Source: Raillietiella orientalis
Taxonomy: Eukaryota
Direction: 5' to 3'
DNA: 64,000 nt
Assembly: GCA_036172245.1 (NCBI GenBank)
Contig: JAYWIR010000028.1
Coordinates: forward strand, 1,550,001-1,614,000
Shown here: one piece after another, positions 48,601-60,768 of the stretch
Layout of the letters: each line of letters opens with the position of its first letter
How positions within the stretch are numbered: position 1 is the stretch's first letter
The notes under the pieces: generated by a model
What the model was told of the DNA's origin: nothing
The model's database searches: none
Seen by the model: the letters and a program-made list of their open reading frames with translations, nothing else
Position numbers and translations under genes: made by a program

Positions 48601-51600
48601 AAGGGGAAGGAGGAAGTCAGCAACGGGCGCCTTCCCCCCACCAGAACTCGAGATCTGCCCCCCTCCGTCACGCTTCTTAGGGAGACCTGGTGGTCGAGAC
48701 CTGGTCAGCTTTTCCCGATTCCGGGCTGATGGCGGTTCCATTCCGGATGGAATGCGAATGCTCTCTCCTAATCCGTTTTCCTTTGACAATCCAACTCTTC
48801 GTCAGCTCCGGAAATGGAACCCGCATTGAAAAGGAGGAACAGAACCCTCAGCTGGGAAGGCCATTATATCGTCAGAATGGAGGGGAAAGTGCTCAAAGGC
48901 TGGGGGACGGTGCGGATGGGTCACTTGGTGTTCAGCACAGTAGGGCTCTCCCGATCTCGGGCAACTGTTGAGGGAAACTAGGATGACATCCCCGTCTCCC
49001 GCCCCTCGCATCGACATACCGGCAGCAGCTTTACCTCCGTGGAGGAAGGATAGATCCCTCTTTCCTCTACTTGTGGCAATCGATCTTGAGCCACTAAGGT
49101 AGCGATCTTGGTCCCGCAACGTTCAGCTTCTTGCGGCCGAGGCCGCCTCGGAAGCTTCGTCCGAAGCTCCGTCAGAGACCAAGGGACGTTTCCTTGCTAG
49201 TTCCTTACCACCCTCGTCTTCCGGGAACGTGTAGGTCCTCTTCTCGTGCCGCTCGTGGACGCAATGAATCCTCTAGATGCAAAGACGTCGTGAATAAGCC
49301 CTTCTCCTTTTCGGACGAAGTCCAGTCTTCGATTCGAGCGCTGCCTTTTTTCCCGTTCCTCCAGAAGCACTCGTCATGCTGGAAGACGAGCCGAAGGGTG
49401 AGAAAGAAGAAGACGATGAGGAAGGGGATGCTGACACAGACGACCATGGCGATGCAGCCTCCAGCAACGAGAAGGAGAAGGAGAAAAGGCGATTCTCCGT
49501 AGTCACAGTCAGTGGCATCGGTGAGGGCTGCGTGACTGCGTGAAACGAAAGATTGAAGTTTGGAATTCGGAGGGCACTCCGCACAGAAACGCGTCTTCCC
49601 CCGGGATTCGTACCGCTCCCTGTGGTGAAGTATGTCAGAAAAATAGCTGACCTCAATAGTGACCTAAGTGATTCCTTAGTTCTGGGTTCCGGGAAAGATT
49701 TAGGGAACTGCCAGCTTTCGGAGTGGACAGTGTATTCATGCTGTGAGGGAAGAGGAGGGGAATTTCCCGGTTGGTAGCAGGGCAAGAAGGGAGAAGCTGA
49801 AGCGGCGGGACGTAGTAAGCCGAAAGGGGTAACCCTCCCTGGTTCCACGCCGCCACGTGAAGAAGGAGGAGGGGAATGGGTAAACGGGCATTGGGGCAGT
49901 GGAAATCGGCCTCTGCTTTCCCTTCCGGTAGGCCATCCAGGGATCGAGGGGAGTCAGCCCGTAGCTCCCAATAGCAGTATTTCGGGGACGTGCTTCAGGA
50001 GGTCCCAGTGGACTGAGTCCACTTTTGATCCGAAAGGTGAAGAGGCGACCCAATACTCCTGTGGAGTTCGAAAGAAAGGAAAAGGGAAAAAAAAGAGGGC
50101 GCCGAGAAGAGGTAGACCGTATCCATGCAACGTGAACAGTCCACAGTGGAGATCAGGAAGATGGAAAGAGGGAAGGCTGAGATCACAGTCCTTTTTATTA
50201 CTGCAAATTAGGAATGACAAGAGAGCTGGTAACTGGGAACGGAGGGCTTCTCTTGCCGTCGATGTGGAGTTTTCCTTACTGGGAGACCACCCCAAATGGA
50301 GAATGCAAGGGTCAGATCCATTCGTCTGAGAAGAACGGTGGATCTTCCCGCAAAGAACACCATGTTGGAAAGGGGGGCTGGAAGGCCATTAGGGGAGCCC
50401 CTCATCCTCGTGTAGCTGCTGGGGTGCCCAGGCTGCCGACCCTTTCGCTGCTCGCAGAGCAGATTCTCGAAGTGCCGTTGGCTCTGTGAGCCTCCTTGGG
50501 GTCTGCTTCTTGGCAGGAAGGAGAAGGCCGGGAGGTTCCATCCTTTTCTTGCCAAGAAGCCTCTCGCTCTTAACGATCGGGTCCAGAGCTCCCTCTCTCT
50601 CGAGCCGGCTCAAGGAACCCTCGGGGATAGCCAGACATGAGTCCTCTGTCCCCCGCCTGCCTAAGTCTTCGTTCTGCTCTGCTGCCCATTATTCCCTGTT
50701 TTCCCATTATTCCCATCATCCCCCTCCTGTACCACGTTCGGACGCGGATCAGTTCCGCAATTCTCTCAGCGGACGGTGCTCGCCCATCGAAAGTCAGGAC
50801 GGTCTCGGGCTCAGAGGTGGCTGGATTCCTCTTCATTTTCCTCTCTTTTCCTCCTCCTTTCCACCTCCTCTTTCTCTTCCCTTCTTCCTCCTCCTCTTTG
50901 TCTTTTTCTCCTCAACGCATCGCTCTCGCTTCCACGCGCGGAGATCCGAGACGACGGATGCGCCGCCGACCTCGGGCACGGAAGTGGAACGGGCAGCGCG
51001 GGAGCTTTAGGGAGAACGCGTGCGCGCGAGACCCTCTTTAGGTGCGTGTGACCGCAGAGGAAGAGGAAGAGGAAAAAAGGGGAGGTGCAAGGGGGGAAGC
51101 GCTCTCACAAGCATCCTCTCTTCCTCTCGGGCTTCCTTCACAAGGAGCAGGAGGACAAGAGCGCCCGTGGAAAGGAAGGGGAGGCCGATTAGTCCCTCCT
51201 TGCCTGGTGGCCTGCTTCTGCCTGGAGGACGGCTCCTTGCATCCCAGAAAGACCAAGTGATGGGGCAGGGACAGCACTCTCCCTCACTCTCTTTCCCTTT
51301 TCCGTTCCGTGGTGCCCCGGGCCCCTCCTCCAGGCCACGCCCAGGATGCGGTTCCGGCATGAAGAGCCCGCTTCTTCTGCGGGTCTTCCTCCTCAGCCCT
51401 GCTCCTAGACGCTCCCGGAAGCGCATCAGACGAAGGGAAAGCTGTGTGGATCTCCCCTCCCCTCCTTCGTGCCGACACTCACGGGGGCTGGCGTTTCGTT
51501 TTCTCCCCCACTGCCGTCCGACGCTCGCTTCCCCTGAGCCTCACAGCCGGACGCCCCCATAGCTGACCTCCTTCTGCCTCGCCTGTCGCTGGAGTCGCCC

Positions 51601-53399
51601 TCCAGGGGATCTTCAGGGAAGCCGTTGCCACGCCGATGATGACCCCTCTCGCTGATCCGCAGCTTCGCCTGACCGGCGCCCCGCCGGGGGGGGCTCTTCC
51701 CAGATGCCGAGTTCCCTTCCACACTTTCCCTCAAAGAGAGGGAGAGAAAAAAAAAAACAGCCCTACCTCCGCCCTCACCCTCATTTGGGATTCCCAGCCT
51801 CCATATTCACTTTCCCTTGTAACCCCTGTTTTTCGAGCGGGAAAGGCGGGCCCTCCTCGCCCGCCGCGCTTCGAGCGTCGTCGTCCTCAACTGAGGACGC
51901 CTCCTCCTCCTCGTTGTCGGTTGAGGAGGAGGAAGGGCGAGGGACCTCGCTGCCGCTGAGGAGGAACCTGCGAAGGAAGCTCCCTCATATTTCTTTTTAG
52001 TGCGCTTTTTTTTGCGCTCCCCTCGGGTCTGGGGTTGGGGTCGATCAGGAGGGGGCGAGGCGTTCTTGGGCGGCAGACATCTATCGACGGAGCTCCTTGG
52101 TTCCTCTCCAGAGTTGGCTGACCCACGCGCGTCAGACGGAGGAGCCACATCCTCTGGGCAGCTACGGGACTCCTCCTGCTGCGGGTGTCAGAGAACAGGA
52201 GAGGGAGGGAGGGAAAGGCAAGAACCTCCTTCTCCCAGGAGGGAACCCCCTCCAGGATCACCTTGACGAGAGGTTTCGCAAGCGCAGAGGGGCCGAGATC
52301 CCGGAGCGGCTGCCGCCAGAGGGACACCTCCCTCGACACGTGGACCTGGACCTGCTCCGGCAACCGATTTCCTCTGCTCCCTGCATCCATCGTCCACAGG
52401 GAGGGAGTGAACGGGGAAGGGGAGAACCTTCGCGACAAAGAACGGAGGGAGCCTCCCCTTTCCCGCGGTGTGTGTAGGGGGGATTAAACTGGGCAAGGAG
52501 ATGGGCCCGGAAAGCGCGACTTCCCCTTCAGGGAGCGGCGGCATTCGCGCGGGGGCGATGGACGCAGCCGTCCCGATTGGATGGCGAGGTAGGCCTCGCC
52601 ATTCGGGGGCACCCCTCTTGCGGCAAGAGGGCAGGGGGGGAGGAGGAGGGAGGGACGCAGCCTCCCGTGGTGCCAGAGCATTCTCAGGCGCTGCGGAGGG
52701 ACAGGGATCTCTCGCAAGGCATTTTTCTTCCCAAAGATGTGAGATCAACTCCTTTCCGCTTCCGGAAGTTCCTTCCCCAAGGGGCAGCAGCAGCCCTTTT
52801 CCATCCTCCCTCCCTTTCGAAACCTCCTCCTTTAGCAGTGAAGGGGAGGACCCTCTTCCCGAAGGGAGAGGGGACGGGTGCCGACCGTCGTGCACAGCGG
52901 CTCCCTGACTGCTGACGTCGCGAGCAAAGCACCGCCTGCGTCGGAAACGCACTTCCTCTCGCAAGCGTTTCCCCCTCGGAGGGAGAGGGGGGTGAGGGAG
53001 TTGATCAACGCCGCCTTACGACTCTCCTCCCAAAGTAGCACGGTGTCCTCGGCCTCCCAGGAAGAAGGAAAGAACCTTCCTCCGTTGTCATGGCGACGAA
53101 GGTTGCTAAGGGAGGCATCGGGGGAGATTCCTGCTTGCTCCCCGTCGCGGCTGCTGCCCTTCCTCCTCTCTGGGGGAGGGGACGGAAGCTCAAAAGGCGC
53201 ACAGGAGAACTGTGGGAGCAGCGCCGGGAGGGAAGGCGCCGCTTCTTTGGGCAGGTCAGGAACGCTCCTCTGGAGCCTCTCTGACCTCCGGCCGGCTTGA
53301 TTCCAGGAAGTCCACGGGACTTCCTGGTCGTTCCCTGCTTCTGGGACGGTTCCTTCGTCGGATCGAGCAGCTCTACGTTTCCAGAGCCGTCCGGCTCCC

Positions 53400-53700
53400 C
53401 GTTTGCCCTGTTCACCAAGGTCAGCCCATCGCAGCCGCAGACGTTCCTCCCTCTGGAACGCGCTCTCTGCTTGTCCTGTTCTCCATGGAAACATTTGCGC
53501 TTTGGATCGGGCGTTTTCTGCTCCCCTTCAAGAAAACTGCGAAAACCAAGATGACCTGCTTTCCATCATCCAGGTCGCTGCAGTTCCTGAATGCCATCAT
53601 CTGCAGCCGAATGCGTCTGGGTGTCACGATTGCTTCTGCCAATGGAAGATGGCGATTTCCTGAAACTCCCAACATCCCTTTTTATCCCTTGATTCCAGTT
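53400..53700 (+). mobile_element. Possible LINE RT core remnant
   Basis: SLLVLFSMETFALWI (SPLLF...ME-like) followed by NQDDLL (YADDLL-like). Confidence 0.3.
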
Positions 53701-54291
53701 CCAGGTAGGAATCTCCTCTCCTTCGAAACCTGCATCCAATGGTCCTTGACCTGGGAAGAGGGAACTGGAAGAGAATCCGGGATTTCCAGTTGCTGCTATG
53801 TGACTGTTCGTGCACGAGAGGGAGGGTGGAGGTGGAATATTTTAGAAGGCGCCTCACTCCTGGACACAAGCACATCGGTTGGCGCCAATGGATGAATCGT
53901 TTCGTTTCCTCTTCCCCCCTTTCTTCTTGAGAAACCCATTTTCGAAGAAAGCTCGCGGAGCAGTTCGCAGCACTCCATCACGAGCTGGCAATCTCTGCTT
54001 ACACGTGAGATGCCATGCTTTCATGCAACACGCCGCCATGTTTACATGCATCGATGCCCGCCATTGGTGCTCCCGAAGCCTTTCGCGCATCCCGGATGGA
54101 AAGGTTCCAGTCGCGAGCTTCCTGCTTAAAAAAAAAAAACAAAAAAACAAAAAAACGGGAACCCCACTAACCTCCGAATTTATTTTTTTTCTTCCCCTAA
54201 AAAGTGCACGTCACGATAAGCCACGCGCACCGAAGACGCGCAACTACACGCTTGACAGGTTTCGGACGCATGTCACTACGAGATTTGAATG

Positions 54292-54325
54292 AGCCAATCA
54301 GCGTTCTTCCTGGACGCTGACGTCA
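54292..54325 (+). promoter_or_regulatory. CCAAT box (AGCCAATCA) plus palindromic CRE
   Basis: NF-Y consensus at 54292-54300 and TGACGTCA at 54318-54325; donor GAG|GTGAGG at 54778. Confidence 0.55.
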
Positions 54326-56196
54326 TCCAAGACTCTGCTAAACGCAAGCCCCGTCGAAGAGAAGCCGAAAGCTCGAACGGACTCTGGACGCGTGCGGTTG
54401 CGCTTCGTGGGGGAAGTCGGCCGCCTTGGCAGGGTCAGGGTCCACTGGCCGCACGCTGCTTCCTACGCATCGCCTCGAGGGGAAAGGGAGAAGCCAGGCA
54501 GAGGGCCCGCGAGCGCGACAAAGGGGGGAGGAACAGACCGTTTCCAGCGGAACGTTCCTTGTGAAAGGCAAAGGTGGGTCCAGGTCCATTCTCCCTTTAT
54601 GGGAAGGGGGAGGGGAGAGGCTGAAGGTCACGTGAACGTGCAAGCGCGCGCTCACGACGACCCCACGAGGATGAGCGACAGGGCGTAGCGGTTCGAGCGG
54701 AGGCGGTGTTTTCGCCTGCAGGGGTGCAAGGGTTCTCTGTCCCTGGCGCCCCGGAGGCAGCGGCGCCAGAACGGGAGGTGAGGGTTGATCACCGCCGTCT
54801 TCGCCTAAGGAAAAGTCTTCAGCCTTCCGGGAAGGGAACCGGGCCCGGAGGGAAGGAGGGAGGCACCTTCCTCCGTTGCCTTGGCGACGAAGACTTCGCC
54901 GACTGCTGCTCAGGGAGGCATCAGTCTTCCCGCTTGCGTCACGTCTCTGCTGTTGCTTCTTCTTCTCCGCTTCCGCAAGAGGAGCTCCTCCTTTCAGGTG
55001 TCCTCTACGAGGTCACGTGGCCCGGGGGCCACGCGAGCAGGAATCCCTGGTTGCCTCGCGGCGGCGCATTGGTTAGCCGGAGAAGGGGAAGGAAAGAGGA
55101 GGGTGAGGGGGGCGCGAGTGGTTGGTTGCCGGTCCCCGACCTCTTAGGAGCACCGGCCCTCGAGGAAGAGCAGAGGGAGAGGGGGAGGAGGAAGCAGCTT
55201 CTAAGGACAGACTGCCGCTGAGGGAAACCGCCTCTCGGACGACGATCCAGACGCTCCCTCGAGCTCAGAGGAGGGGATGCACTCCTCCCCCTCTTTTCCC
55301 TTCCCTTCGGAAGAGCAGATGCGGGGGGCTCTCTCCGCAAGGACAGCAGGAAGAGAGCCTTGCGACCTTTCGGAGAACCCTCTCGCGCGGATGCTTTCCC
55401 CTTCCCGCTGCATCCTTTCGGCCCCACCTGTCTGGGACGCGACCTGAAGGGAGGGGGAGGGGGGATCCCACCGCTGAGACGCGACTTCGGTAGCGGTGAG
55501 GAAAAGCGAGTGTCTCCTCTTTCGCTCTCCTCCCCCACTGCCTAAGCCCGGAGGGAGGGGAGAGGGGAAGGGGAGAAACGGGGGATGGGCGCTGAAAGCA
55601 GAGGGGGGTGCCCGGAGAGGGTGCGAGGGGTCTGGCGGGGGATAGCGGCCCCACCGTGGCGGCGTCAGGGTCCGCACGCAGTCACTATTGGATCTTCGTG
55701 CTCGTGGTCCTCCCGGGAGAGCTTCAGGGGAGAGGAAGGTCAGCCAAAGAAGGAATGAAACGTGGGGGGAGGTGACATTGGGGTGCGCTCGCTTTCCTGG
55801 TGCGGCGGGCGGTTCCGAAAGCTTCCGCCAGGAGCATCGAAGACGCGTCGCTCTCTCTCCTTCCCTGCATCCCCCCTCCTCCCTCTTTTTAATTCACCTC
55901 GGTCCTCCCTTTGCTACCCCCACCCCCTACCCTACCCCAGGCCTTATCCTCCAGGGTTCTGCAGACTGCTGCCCCGTCCCCTTTTACCCCTGCAGCGACG
56001 GAAGGAAGGGAAAAAGCGACGTCGTCCGGGGTGGACGGCGTTGGTCATCGCCCCCTTCCTCCTTCCCTTCCCCCCCTTCCCTAAGCGCGCACGCGATGGG
56101 AACGGAAAAGCGACAGCGGCAGAGGCGCGTCCTCTTGCGGCTTGCGAAGACCCGCGGCCGCGGCTGAGGCCTCGAACGCGCGGGCGCGCGCTGGAG

Positions 56197-56204
56197 TGAC
56201 GTCA
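56197..56204. promoter_or_regulatory. Palindromic CRE TGACGTCA
   Basis: Exact motif in CpG-dense context; GTGAGT donors at 56403 and 56413. Confidence 0.45.
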
Positions 56205-59200
56205 TTGTTCGGTTGCTCAGCCGCTGCCGCCGCTGGCGCGCCGCCGCCGCCGCAGTTTCCACGCAACCGGCTTGGGTGCGGGTGTTGCCGCGGCTGCGAT
56301 CCCGGTCGAGGGGTTGACGCGACGCGCGCGCGGACGGGGAATATTTCCTGTCCTCCCTCCCTCCGTTCCCTCCTCCCCCCTTCCTCCATGCCAGGTGCCC
56401 GCGTGAGTCCCGGTGAGTTGTCTCCGTTCCCGCCTTTCCGACCCCCTCTTCGTCGGGTGATGTTTCTGGGCGGCCCGCCCTTCCCTCCCTTCCCTTTGGC
56501 TTGCCCGCTCGTCCCCACGCGTTTCCCAGGCAGCGGGAGCGTTCCTGCGCTTGACAGGCGTCCCATTTGCCCCCCCCCCCCTCCCCTCCCCCTGGGACTC
56601 TGCTTGTTGGTGTGGTTCGGAGGCGCTGGTGGTCGGCGTGGTCGCCCTGGGGCACCGGAAAGGTAAAAGGACCGACGTTTGGAAAAGAAGGGGGGAGGGG
56701 GGCTCATCCCTCCTCCTTCTCTCCCACTTCCTCCTCCGACTGAGTCCTCCGCTGTTCCCGGAGGCTCCTTTCCCTGCCTCCCCATGCGTCACCACTCGTG
56801 GGTGGATGTGACTGCGGCGGTGGTGGTTGATGTCGGTGGTTTGTCGCCCACCCTCGTGGTCTGCCCCTCTACCACGGGGACCGGGGGGAGGAGCTCGCAG
56901 GGGATCCCCTCATCTCTCCCCGATGCCCTCTCCCTGGAAGGGGGAAGGAGTCGAAGGGGAGGAGCGGACCATTTTTCGCACGAGCGTGCGAGAAGGGGAC
57001 CCTGATGCGTTGTTTGCGGGGGGCCGGCCCTTTTCGGGAGCGAAAAGGGCTCGTTCCTCTCTTCCCTCGCGGCGTGTCCCGGCGCGGAGAAGAGGACGAA
57101 AATAAAAATCTCCTCTCTTCCTCCGTCCCGCGCGCAGCTCGTCGCGGGGACCTCCCTCCCGCTCCCCTTCTGGAAGGCGCGCGCGCTCCCGGTTGGGGCG
57201 GCAGCGAAGAGGGGTGCCAGGGCGAAAGAGTGCCTCTCCCGCGATTCCTGCCAGCCCGCCTCCGGAGCGGACGCTGGTCCCTGGCCTCCTCCTGGCGGGA
57301 CCTTCATGACTGGCCGGGGGCGAGGAGAGTTACGTTGCCCCAGGACCCTGGGGGGACTGCCTCCTGGACTCCCTTTCTCGACAGGCTTCGCTCCTCCTCC
57401 CGCCAGGCAGGAGGGACCGTTGTTACGGGCGACTCGCGCTCGGTTCACTGCGCAGCCGGCGGTGGCTCAGGGAGCTCCCGGTCGGGCTTTCCTTTCTCTT
57501 TTTTTCTTCTCCTCCGTTGCCCCTCGGGTCATCCAGGATAGGGTGCCCTTTTCGGGGGCCCAATCGCGGTAGGACTGGGCGTCCTCCGGGAATTTTTGGG
57601 GATCGACGCGTTCCCGGAGGGGGAGCCGTGGCGGCCTCTTGCTTCCCGTTAGGGAATGCGCGCTCCCGACGCGCCCATCTGCCAGGAGACGGCAGGGATG
57701 CGCGATCCCTCCTGTCTCCCCGTCCCCTTCTTTTCCGTCTTTCTTCCCCAGTAGGTCCGCGCCGCCGACGCCCCCTTCCCGGGCGGAAGAGAGGGGGGGA
57801 AACCGCCCACGCGGGCTCGATTTGGCCCGCCCGCCTTTCCTCTGATCTCTGGCCGCGCCCTTCCCGTTCCCAAAACGCTCTTCTCGGGAGGGCGAGCCGG
57901 GTGGGTTCCACTGGTGGGGGCACCCTTTCCAGGAAGTCTCTGGGGCGTGCCCCGCGAGGGGAGGGGGAGTAGGGCTCCCATGATGGCGTCGGCGGCATCT
58001 CCGCCGGCGCAGGCGCACAGGGAGGGAGGAGAAGGAGGGAGGGGGAGGAACGGGGGGGAGGAGAGGGGAGAAGAGAAGGAGAGAGGAACTCGCTGTCTCC
58101 TCTAAGGATGCGGGCTGCCCAGTTTCCGGACCCGCCCGTCTAGCTCACCAGAAGACTTCCCTCCGTCGAGCGCCCCGCGCATGCGGATACAGCAGCAGGG
58201 GAGGAGCGCCGCCTGTTTCCGGTGGGCCCGGCTCCCACCCTTTTACCGAGAGCCTTGGATTCCCGCCCTGCTTCCCGATCCCGTCCGTTGCCATCCCTGG
58301 ATCGCCTTTTTTGCGAAGGCTCCGTGCGCCTGCGGGTTTCTTCCCGTCCTGGCGTTGCGGAGGGCGTGAGCACGCGCGCTGCCGGGAAGCGTCCGTCGCG
58401 GAACACGCGGCGGACACGCAACACGCGAGGCGCGAGTCCCTGGGCGTCGCGTTTCTCGGCCTCACGGGGAGCGCAAGGGCAGGGCAGGCGCCTCCCTCTT
58501 CCCCAAGGCGGGAGCGATGGACGCGTCGCCACCGCTGCCGCCGCCGCGGGTGGGCGCGTGCTAGGAGGACGGACGCCTCCCTGGCGCCCCGGTCGTGCCT
58601 CCTGCTCGGCAGCGTCGCGCCGGTCGTCGCCAACGGGGCAACGGCTTCTTGTTCTCCTTCCACATTTTTTCCTTTCTCACCCTTCTCTTCCCTCTCTCTC
58701 CCGCCCCGGTGCGCGCCACCGCGCACTACCTTGTGGCAGGGGGTCTCTCTGGACGGACGTTCCTGGTAAGCGCAGGGCTGGCGGGGGCGGACGCTTCTCG
58801 CGTTGATCTGCAGCGGACCGCCCGCGCAGATTTCGGTTCGCAGACGGGAGGACGCGCACGCCCACGGGACTGGGGCAGGAGATCTTCGGGCAGCGGGCGC
58901 CCGCAGGTGGGCGGGAGCGGTGATCGGATCTCTCCCGGGATGCACTACGTCGGGCTGCGCTTATCGATCGGCGGGCGCCTGGGAAGGTTTTTTTCTTTTC
59001 CTTCTCCTGCCGAACCTCCCCCGTGGGCCGCAGCAGCTGGACCGGGATGCATGCGAGCGAGAGGAGGAGGAGGGGGAGATCCTCCTTCCGGAAGCCACCA
59101 CCGATCCCGTCGCCCGCTCTATCTCGTTCGCTCCCGATCGCGTCGACCTTCCGCGGGCGGCGCTAGTGGCTTCGTGCATGTGGAGGTGACGAGCGCCAGC

Positions 59201-59362
59201 CAGGCAGGCAGCTGCGCTGCCGCCGCCGTATTCCGCTCGCGGTCGCTAAGCGACCGACCGAATTCTTTTCCCTCCCTCGGTCCACCCTCAGGGTTGTGCG
59301 GTGCGCCACGAACCACTTGGTCTGTGCTTTCAGTCTAGGGGGGCGGAAGGCGGCGGTTCTGC

Positions 59363-59622
59363 CCTCCTCCTCCTCTTCGTCGTCGTCGTCGTCGTCGTCA
59401 TCTTTATCGGAGTCGCGGGGTGGGCGGGTGGGCGGAGGCGTTGCGCGGCGGCTGGACACGCTGTCGCGCGCGCCCCGCTGCTGCTGGTTGCCTTGTGTTT
59501 TCACGGACCAGCCTTAAAATTCTACTCCTCTGCCGCAGCAAGGACCAAACGTTCTTTGTTGTTGTTGTTGTTGTTATTGTTGTTGCTGCTGCTGCCGCCG
59601 CCTCTGCTGCTGCCGCCACTGC
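59363..59622. repeat. Trinucleotide repeat cluster (CCT, GTC, GTT, GCT, GCC)
   Basis: (GTC)n at ~59378-59399; (GTT)n at ~59557-59585 grading into GCT/GCC. Confidence 0.9.
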
Positions 59623-59733
59623 CGTTCATCCGTGGACCCGGGATCCAGATTCACACCCACAGAGACATGAGATGTGAGTGGTAGAAGCATCGGCACACAT
59701 CTGCGACTTCACCGACCGCATCTTTCGGAACGA

Positions 59734-59741
59734 TGACGTCA
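59734..59741. promoter_or_regulatory. Palindromic CRE (ATGACGTCAT)
   Basis: Exact motif within a 10-bp palindrome. Confidence 0.45.
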
Positions 59742-59911
59742 TTTTGCGCTGCTGCAGGAATTTTTCGTAAGTACGTCCGCTTTGGCGCCTTCCCACGCGC
59801 CCACCTGCCCATTCCTACCTACCCCACTTTGTGTGTGCGCGTGTTTTTTTTTTTTTTTTTCACTGAGTGCGTGCTTGCTCTCGAGGGAACGCGGGCAAGG
59901 AGGAGAGGGGA

Positions 59912-59962
59912 ATGGAAGCGAATGAACGTGGCGCTGCACCCAGCATCCCACCTTCACCGCAG
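59912..59962 (+). CDS. Candidate first coding exon (MEANERGAAPSIPPSPQ) for the 60584-60768 exon
   Basis: ATG in GGAATGG context, 17 codons, donor CAG|GTGAAT in phase 0, which matches the 60584 acceptor. Supported only by frame compatibility. Confidence 0.3.
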
Positions 59963-60084
59963 GTGAATGTCGGCCGTGGGACAGCTCCCGTCCCATTCAC
60001 CAAGACACCAGGGAGCCACTCTCTCTCTCTCTCTTCCTTCTCAGTACCTCCCCCCAGCGTCCCCTCTCCCTCTCTCCCGGTTCG

Positions 60085-60105
60085 ACTTCCGGCGTCTTGA
60101 CGTCA
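60085..60105. promoter_or_regulatory. ETS site (ACTTCCGG) next to a palindromic CRE
   Basis: ACTTCCGG at 60085-60092 and TGACGTCA at 60098-60105. Confidence 0.45.
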
Positions 60106-60583
60106 CCGCTCGCCTCCACGACCTTGGATGCGACTTTGCTCAAGCACGGTTTCTCATACCGCGTAGAGGGGGAGGGAAACGGTGGATGACTTCTCTTCCG
60201 GAATTCCCTCCCCCCTTTGCCTTGACCCCGGTGAAGGGGTCTCGTGGTCTGCTGCCTTGGCGTTCGTGTTTTCTGTTTCACAGCCTCCATCCAGGGCGTA
60301 ACACCACCGCAGCGGCGCTCTTCCGCTTCTTCCACCCCATCCACCCCCTTCCATCTCATCTCCAGCTTCTTGGGTACTCTCCTCTTCCTCCTCCTCTTCC
60401 TCGGGTGATTCGTTTTGGTACGTGCGAGGGGGACGGGGAGTGAGAAGACGGGCCGGGACCACGGCGGCAACGCCGCCGACAGCCAGCGGAGACCAGCAAC
60501 GATGATGGGGAAGGGAGGGTGCACGTGTGAGCTGGGGAGAAGGAGAGGGGACGGAAGAAGATGCTGCTGCTGTGCCATTCCAG

Positions 60584-60768
60584 CGCCTGATCTTGGCTGC
60601 TTTGTCGTCCCCAGTTCTGTCGATTTCTTGGTGCTCCTGCCTGAAGGACCGCTGCGAGGAGCTGCAGCGCGAGTGCACGAACCAGTACACGCCGTTGGCC
60701 TTGCGGTTCGCTCAAGTGAATCCAACATCCGTTCGGGAATTTGAGGACTCCCTGAGCCACGTTTGCGA
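60584..60768 (+). CDS. Candidate coding exon of an unidentified secreted Cys-rich protein (gene probably continues beyond the window)
   Basis: TTCCAG acceptor (60583) and GA|GTGAGT donor (60769). The core has strongly GC3-biased codons (TGC CTG AAG GAC CGC TGC GAG GAG CTG CAG CGC GAG TGC ACG AAC CAG TAC). Translation: RLILAALSSPVLSISWCSCLKDRCEELQRECTNQYTPLALRFAQVNPTSVREFEDSLSHVC, a hydrophobic segment followed by spaced cysteines. Confidence 0.5.

Noticed and set aside
59522..59629. Minus-strand mini-ORF MNGSGGSSRGGGSSSNNNNNNNNNKERLVLAAAEE
   Set aside because: Only 35 codons, produced by trinucleotide repeats, with no splice donor before the stop.
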